A stretch of DNA of 63,343 nucleotides, counting the filler, from Kipferlia bialata (Eukaryota): the NCBI GenBank assembly GCA_003568945.1. It is 4 parts of 4 records of this genome, joined end to end, with 100 filler letters (N's around TTAATTAATTAA, not from the genome) between each part and the next. Parts side by side here need not be neighbours in the genome. Positions count along the whole stretch, not along the records: positions 48,060 to 59,737 come from BDIP01000289.1; positions 59,838 to 63,343 come from BDIP01000348.1; 2 more parts are not named here. One strand, 5' to 3'. The notes beneath the pieces were generated by a model. That model saw nothing but the letters and a program-made list of their open reading frames with translations, made no database searches and was not told the DNA's origin. The first letter of the stretch is position 1. Each line of letters begins with the position of its first letter. Positions 56,625 through 63,343 of this stretch are shown piece by piece. Made by a program: the position numbers and the translations under genes.

Positions 56625-59206
56625 ATGTCTGAGACGCTCTCGTCTCTTCGCTTCAGTCTAGTGGAGAGTGGACTCAGTGGGGGTATAGAACCATTCTATC
56701 CCAGCATATCAATGACCTCTCAGTCGGGTCGCCTCCTGAAACTGGCGGAGCAGCTTCAGTTGGAGATCTCAAGCGACTTTAGAGATGATGATAGACGAAA
56801 GAGGAGGTAGGCTACCCCCATGCTTCAGACAGCCTTTACGTATAGGAACATTTATGTGTGTGTAGTCCAAGGCCAAATCCAGCTGCAGTCATCAGTATGT
56901 ACCAGTGATGCTTTGTTTTACACATTGCAAGTGGGTGCCCTTGCTGACATTCAGATTTGATGCCGAGACTGGCCGAGTGAAGGCCAAGTACCTCAAGGCG
57001 GTGGTCGAGAGGAGTGACCCCTCGCCCTTCTTTGCCAAGGAGCAGGAGGGGGATGCAGAGCGGGACGGATTCGTGATATATGATACGGTATGTTCATATA
57101 CGGGTGTAGATATAATAATACCCTTTCCTCCCATTATCTAATTCACACCTTATTTCCAAGATAGTGCACTCAATATACCTCTTGTTTCACTCACTCCATA
57201 GCTCTCTGATGTTGGTATATATAATGGCATTCAATACAATCACAATTGCCGAATCTGTTTGGTTAGTGGATACAGCATCTGTGTACTGATACCCAGCTGT
57301 TTGGTGCTGATGACAGTGACCGATGGTCTGTCTTCAGCAGACATGTCACGGAGCTGGGCGGGCTGAGGTTCCACCAAGCGATGTCTAGGTATGTGATAGG
57401 TATATATATGTATGTATACTTGTGTGTATTGACGGATGCATTACGACATAGGGTTATGAGTTTGATAATACTGTCTCTGTCGCCCCTCACCCAGTATGGG
57501 TGTGTTCGATGAGCTGCCGGAGGAGAGAGAGAAGAGGGAGGAGGAGGCGAGGGAGACTGAACGTCAGGCTATGATACAGCGGCTGGACGCTCTAGCAGTA
57601 GCAGCGAGGTCTAGCTCTACTGTAGCCTCCAGACTGAGTGACATTGACATTAACACTGACCCTGAGACGGGTTCTGAGACTGGTTCACTCGGTAGAGATG
57701 GGGGTACCTTCCTGACCCAGCAACAGGGAGAGGGAGAGGGAGATGGAGGTGGTGATCCCTATAGGAATAGGGGTGACACAGCCCCGATGGTGCCAGCTGA
57801 GTCTAGCACTAGGAGTATGTCCTCTGGTGTTGAGCCTCGGCCCCACCCACTGAGAGCAGCAGCTGCCCTCATGTCTGCCTCTCCCTCTCCCTCTCCCTCT
57901 CCCCCTCCATCCCGGGGTGAGACCCGTGGCCCCCTCCCCCTGTATCCTGACAGGACTATACGGGATGGAGAGGATGGGGACGGGTCTGCTGATGACCCCG
58001 ATGCCATAGCCCGGGGGGTCGCCACGAGGGGCTCTGCATACCGCAGAGAGCTGGCAGCAGACAGGAAGGAGCAGATGGAGAGGGCCGGCAGGAACGTGCA
58101 TGCCCGGCGGATGGAGCGGGAGTACTCCAAGGCAGCTGGGCTGACCAAGGGGCCCAGTATGGTAGGCAGCAGGGGCCGGGGTCTGACCCGGTGTCTGTCC
58201 AAGGCTGATCGGAAGCTGGTCAAGCAGGTGGGGGCTCTCACTCCTACCCTGGATCAGGCGTTACTATTCTGCTGTGACTCATGTGGCCAGTGGCTGTTGT
58301 CTATCTATGTGCCTACTCACCCTATATATGTATATATATATGTTTACCCTAGATTGAGGCCGAAGAGGCATACGACACCCGGGGGGACTTCCTGTTCCGA
58401 GAGCCCTTGGCCCTGTCTGTCCCCAGCCCCTCAGGCCATGGGTATGGACACATGCAGGGCGGTGCAGGGGATGCAGAGGAGGGGGACGCAGAGTGGCAGG
58501 CAGAGCTGGCTGAGAAGATGGACAATGCGGCAGGTACTAGGATGGAGGTCACACACGATATGCAGTCAGCCCCACAATTAGTGAAGATATAGAGTGGATA
58601 TGTGGGTGTACATCTCTATAGCACACCCTCCTCACACCAGTGTCTGCTACCTATGGGACTAGTCTCATTCCCAATGTGGGCATCAAGTCTCTGGGCATGA
58701 GGCTTAATAGGGAGAGTAGGCTTCAGGTGAGTTCTCTGTCCCCAGTCCTGTGTGTATTAGTATTAGTATTAGTATTAGTCAAGCGCCACATCGTACCCTT
58801 GGCTCTCTTTGGACTGTACCGTGTCAGAGTGTTCAAGTTCCATAGGCTCACTTCAGATTGCTGCTGTTCAGCGAGAGGAATCAATAAGGGTAGAAAGAGA
58901 GCGGGAGCGACGAGAATGGGATGATATTGCGGTACGTATCTTGTGATATACTATCTCATTTGGTACCCAATCTTCAGAGGCAACACGTGTTTTGCACAAG
59001 TTTCTTTCTATTGTCGGTTTCTACTGTGCCGTGTAGTGTATTCCCTCCCACCCCTGACCCAGTTGATTGAGTCTGACAACACGGACGGCCTGTTCTCAGG
59101 GGTGGAGAAGAGGCTGTCGTCGTCGAGTGCCGGTCTGACCGTGGACATGCTGAAGCAGATGCAGCGGAAGAGGCGGGACCCCAATGCTAGCAGGTTCATG
59201 TACTGA
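56625..59206 (+). CDS. Hypothetical multi-exon protein with charged low-complexity regions
   Basis: Exons at ~56625-56807, 56955-57087, 57297-57388, 57495-58227, 58333-58533, 58641-58726 and 59062-59206 with canonical splice sites. Ends RRDPNASRFMY*. Confidence 0.6.
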
Positions 59207-59493
59207 CAGGCTCAATGGGAACACTGTAGCCCTTCTGAGATGGGCCATCTCACACAAGCCTCCTGCTATAGACCAACCAAATAGTATGTCAGTTTATGGT
59301 GTGAGTAATGCATCCGCAGTGACACCGGATATGGCAACATCACTCGCAGACTCCGATTCGCCGCCATATCGTCTCTTAAGTACCCTGAATAATTAGGTTG
59401 GGGCACCCTAAAGGAGTAACTATGTCATGAGAGTGACTTCGTACCACAATAATAGCGTAACAACATGCAACCACTTCTAAAATGCTGAATATA

Positions 59494-59682
59494 TCACCTG
59501 AAGACTGGATCCAGGCCGGCCAGTGAAGAGTCTTTGGTCCCTAGATACACGTACAGCGGCTTAGATTCTGGATTAGAGTTGAAGCAGTCGGAATAGTAGT
59601 CACACATACCCTGAAATGCCTGTAGGTACAGTCTCTTGGCCAGCAGCTGGGGTTGTAGGTTCTGCCTCTGGCCTAGCAACAC
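59494..59682 (-). CDS. 3'-terminal exon of an unidentified gene
   Basis: CCCCAG acceptor followed by VLLGQRQNLQPQLLAKRLYLQAFQ...LDPVFR*. Upstream part lost at the poly-G tract and contig end. Confidence 0.35.
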   Translation of the reverse strand: MLLGQRQNLQPQLLAKRLYLQAFQGMCDYYSDCFNSNPESKPLYVYLGTKDSSLAGLDPVFR

Positions 59683-59737
59683 CTGGGGTAAAGACAAAGG
59701 GGGGGGGGGGGGGGGGAAAAACCAGGGCACAAACGGC

Positions 59738-59837
59738 NNNNNNNNNNNNNNNNNNNNNNNNNNNNNNNNNNNNNNNNNNNNTTAATTAATTAANNNNNNN
59801 NNNNNNNNNNNNNNNNNNNNNNNNNNNNNNNNNNNNN
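59738..59837. other. Artificial contig spacer
   Basis: N44-TTAATTAATTAA-N44. Confidence 0.97.
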
Positions 59838-60521
59838 TTATGTATTAGTATATATATATATATGACATGCATCTGATATACACAAGGTGGGGGTGGCACA
59901 TGGATGCATGGATGTTGTATATATATATGGTATATATAGATGTATGTATATATATGACAGGTGGTGGGACACATGTTCACTAGACAGCACTCCATTAGTA
60001 TCAGTATGCGTTGTGACTGGTTGGATACTGATATGTCCACTGGGTAATGTTTATGTCATCAGTCGTACCCCCTCTCCCTGACCCCAGGACTCTCTAGCCA
60101 AACGGTGCATGAACGTTATTGGTGTGAGGGACGGACGGTACGAGGTTCCATTGCAATAGAACAGCCTCAGCTACTCATCAGATTGGGTGTGGGTCAGTGT
60201 CACTGTATCATTTGTCAATGTGTGGCAATGCCTTGAATGGTCCCAAAGGCTCTAATGACCAATGCATGTCCTATATCACTCATAGTCTATGCGTCATAGT
60301 ATATGCGTTACAGACGACACATGCGGTATGTGTCGAGACCAATATGTCGAGGGGTTGACCTGTTGCACTCGATTCTGTTCACATACTTCCTACATTCACA
60401 GTCACTACCCCAGGACTCCACATCCATATATAACCATTAACCATACAAAACAATCTATTGCATTGTGGGCACAACCGACTCCGCTGTTTCAGGTGACTTA
60501 GTACACCTACACCATCTATGC

Positions 60522-63285
60522 CTATGCCATGCTGTCTGCCAGGGCGTCATAGACAGGGGCCAGCTCAGCAGCCCCTGAGCGTGAGAGAGATATATAGATA
60601 TATTGATATATGAGGGGGCATGACAGAACACCCATTAACACTCTGTGACATGGTCTGACATAGTGTGGTGTATGAGGAGTATACATATGAGTTGAATCTA
60701 AACCACACACCCCTTCTTCCTGTTCCTGTCACATATGCGGGTGATATCGGCAATGTACATATGATTATCCTCTACCCCCTCTATACCTGTGAGCTCTGCG
60801 GGTGCTGTCCTCAATCCATCTATATGCCTATGTATCTGTATGCATATATAGACTCTCTGTACCTGTGACCTCTGCGGGTGCTGTCCTCACTGTATCTATA
60901 TGTATATCCCTATGCATATATAGACTCTCTGTACCTGTGACCTCTGCGGGTGCTGTCCTCAATGCCTCTGCAAACATGGCGCCAATGCCAGGGAGCCTCA
61001 CAAGTCTGGGGGTCAGGGATGTGAATATGTAGAGCAAATGTACAGCGTCAGAGACACACCATGTATTCTGAAGTGACTTGCATATATTAACCTAATTCAT
61101 ACACACATGTAGATATACCTTGTGACAAGGGCAGCAACTCCGTCCCGACATGCGGCATAGGAGTCTGGAGGGTGAGGGTGATGGGTTTGTGTGTGTGGAT
61201 ATATGATAGGGGAGACACAGACTCCCAGCCATATGAGAGGGCATATATGAGATATGTATGATATGTATGATAAATAACACTTAATACATCCCACTCCCCC
61301 CACCTGAGAATAGCAGGCACAGTGCTGACACCAGCAGGGGGGCGAGGTCTAGGTCAGTGCTGGCCTGGCCACACAGAGACAGGGCCTGGGGGTCAGAAGT
61401 ACGGAGATACACCTCTGCAACATCCAGTAGTCCTGTACATAGATATATACAAATACCACAGCCCCCACCTGCACCAGGGTGTCTCAGTATCAGTATCAGT
61501 ATCAGTATCAGTCATAGATACATCAGTATCACCCACCTGCACCAGGGTGTCTCCTGCCTCCTGGTGGAGCAGGGGGTCAGCCAGCGACACAAAGAGGTAG
61601 TTCCTCAGGTCACTGACTCCTGCGGCATAGAGGGCGGTCTCGGAGGGACCCTCCCCTACCCTGCCTGATACATGAGGCATAGGGTGTGTAAGTGGGTGTA
61701 TGGTGTAGGGTATCCATGATACATGCAGTATGACCCACCTGCACTGAGCACTGCAGATACAGCCTGTAACTCGGAGGGCTCGAGTCTCTCACTCTCACTG
61801 CTGCCAATGAACCTGAGGGTGAATGAGAACAAAGGGAGATATGATCAGAGGGAGGGGTACCTATCGCCCACTTGCTACTCCGTCCATAGATTGCCACAGA
61901 GATAAAAGAAAGACGATGAACACATTAATATACATGTACACATATACACATGCACCCTCTCCCACCTTGCTATGCGTGCAAACAGTGCGGCAGGGGTGTC
62001 CACTGGAGTGGCCCCACACCCGGTGGTGAGGTCCCCACACATCCTGGGGTCAGGGGGGATATATAGCTATTATACATACAGCTACGGATAGTGACATGGA
62101 TGTATACACTTCCTCAAGACCCTATCCATTATCCACTAGACCCTTAGTACCTGAGGGCGTCCAGGGCCCTTGATGGCAGGCCCTGGGTGTCGGTCACTCC
62201 ATTGACAGGGTCCAGCATGCACCTAGGGGTTATATATATAGGAACACGGGTGCTATGTACTACCGACTCCTCACTACCTCTCACTTATACAGTGCTATGC
62301 TATACTATGTATCTCACCTTGCCGCACTGCCCACATGGGGCTGGGGCAGCTGGAGCAGGGCCTCGACTGCAAAGTCCCCAACCTCCATGGGGAGGAGGTG
62401 CAGGTTGGGGCACACAAGGGTCAGGGCCAGTCTGGGGGTCAGACATGGCATGACATGGTGGAGACGGATAGTACTATAGTAGGATGCTGCAGAGGAGGGC
62501 CTATAACGATGGAGTTATGCACCTTGTCCTGAGGGGCCCAAGGGCCTGGCAGGATGAGAGAACTGCTGTGACAGAAGCCAGGGCTGCCTCACACACATCC
62601 CTGACGGCATGCACAGCCTCCTCAGCAACCTGGGGGTAAGGGGAGGATATGATACCGTTTTCATAGAAATTGCAGTATACATCATTGATCCACCCACCTG
62701 GTCCCATTCTGCATATCATGTATGTATACATACATATATATACATACCATATATATATATACATATACAACATATATACAACATATATATATATATACAT
62801 ATACAACATATCACCACCTGGTCTGTGTCCCACTCTGCATACCGGGCTGCCATACTCACACACATGTGCACGGCACACAGATACTCCTCAAGGTCGAGGT
62901 CCTCGGGGAGGTCTCCCTCCCTCTCCCTCTCCCCCTCCCCGTCCATACCAAGCACGTCCACAGCGGTCTGGGCGGCAGTCACACCTGGGGGTAAGGACAA
63001 ATATATTGTGTAGGGGGGAAATATCCCACAGACGGCTGTGAAAGCTAGTGTATGCGCATATGTACCTAGGAGAATGTCCACACAGGCCAGGTTACGGAAC
63101 AGTACAAACCCAAGGGCCCTGGGGTGAGAGAGGGCCTCAGTACATTGACTATCCCAACAAGGGTGGGGGGTAATGAACAGACACTATACCCATAAGTTCC
63201 CAACACATGCGTGTACCTGGAGTGGCTGTCCAGGGATGACAGGCCGAGGGTGGCAAAGTAGGCCAGGACATCCAGCTCAGCCTCC
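60522..63285 (-). CDS. Hypothetical alpha-helical (ARM/HEAT-like) protein, 3' portion, ~13 exons
   Basis: L/A-rich helical exons such as VAEEAVHAVRDVCEAALASV, LLPMEVGDFAVEALLQLP, LVRLPGIGAMFAEAL and GAAELAPVYDALADSMA*. Confidence 0.5.
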
Positions 63286-63296
63286 TAGAGGGGTAA

Positions 63297-63330
<34 letters not shown>

Positions 63331-63343
63331 AAAACAAGGACCC

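Overview
This is intron-dense eukaryotic genomic DNA. The branch point sits directly against the 3' splice site (CT[C/G]ACCCC(C)AG), and introns are full of (TA)n/(GA)n/(CA)n tracts. This style suggests a free-living fornicate such as Kipferlia bialata, which is an inference and not confirmed. The window is four sequences joined by artificial N44-TTAATTAATTAA-N44 spacers (about 1-23964, 24065-47959, 48060-59737, 59838-63343). Most ORFs in the supplied track are spurious, so I rebuilt genes by hand from exons. Recognisable genes: a bacterial-type flavodoxin-like/2x[4Fe-4S] ferredoxin (EFR1-like), the C-terminal half of an ABCC/MRP transporter, TRM6, a long coiled-coil protein, Y14/RBM8A, a UBA-like Q/P-rich protein, RhoGDI, an intronless FCP1/SCP-type HAD phosphatase with a PIP box, MLH1, gamma-glutamyl hydrolase, an Atg22/UMF1-type MFS fragment, a Kelch-like fragment and BBS4, plus several hypothetical multi-exon genes. 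The most striking unexplained structure is 'exon echoes'. Intact exons are flanked upstream by a copy of their acceptor plus 5' half, and downstream by a copy of their 3' half plus donor, sometimes nested several layers deep. The copies differ from the true exon almost only at synonymous sites. Long poly-G/poly-C tracts also repeatedly join unrelated truncated genes.
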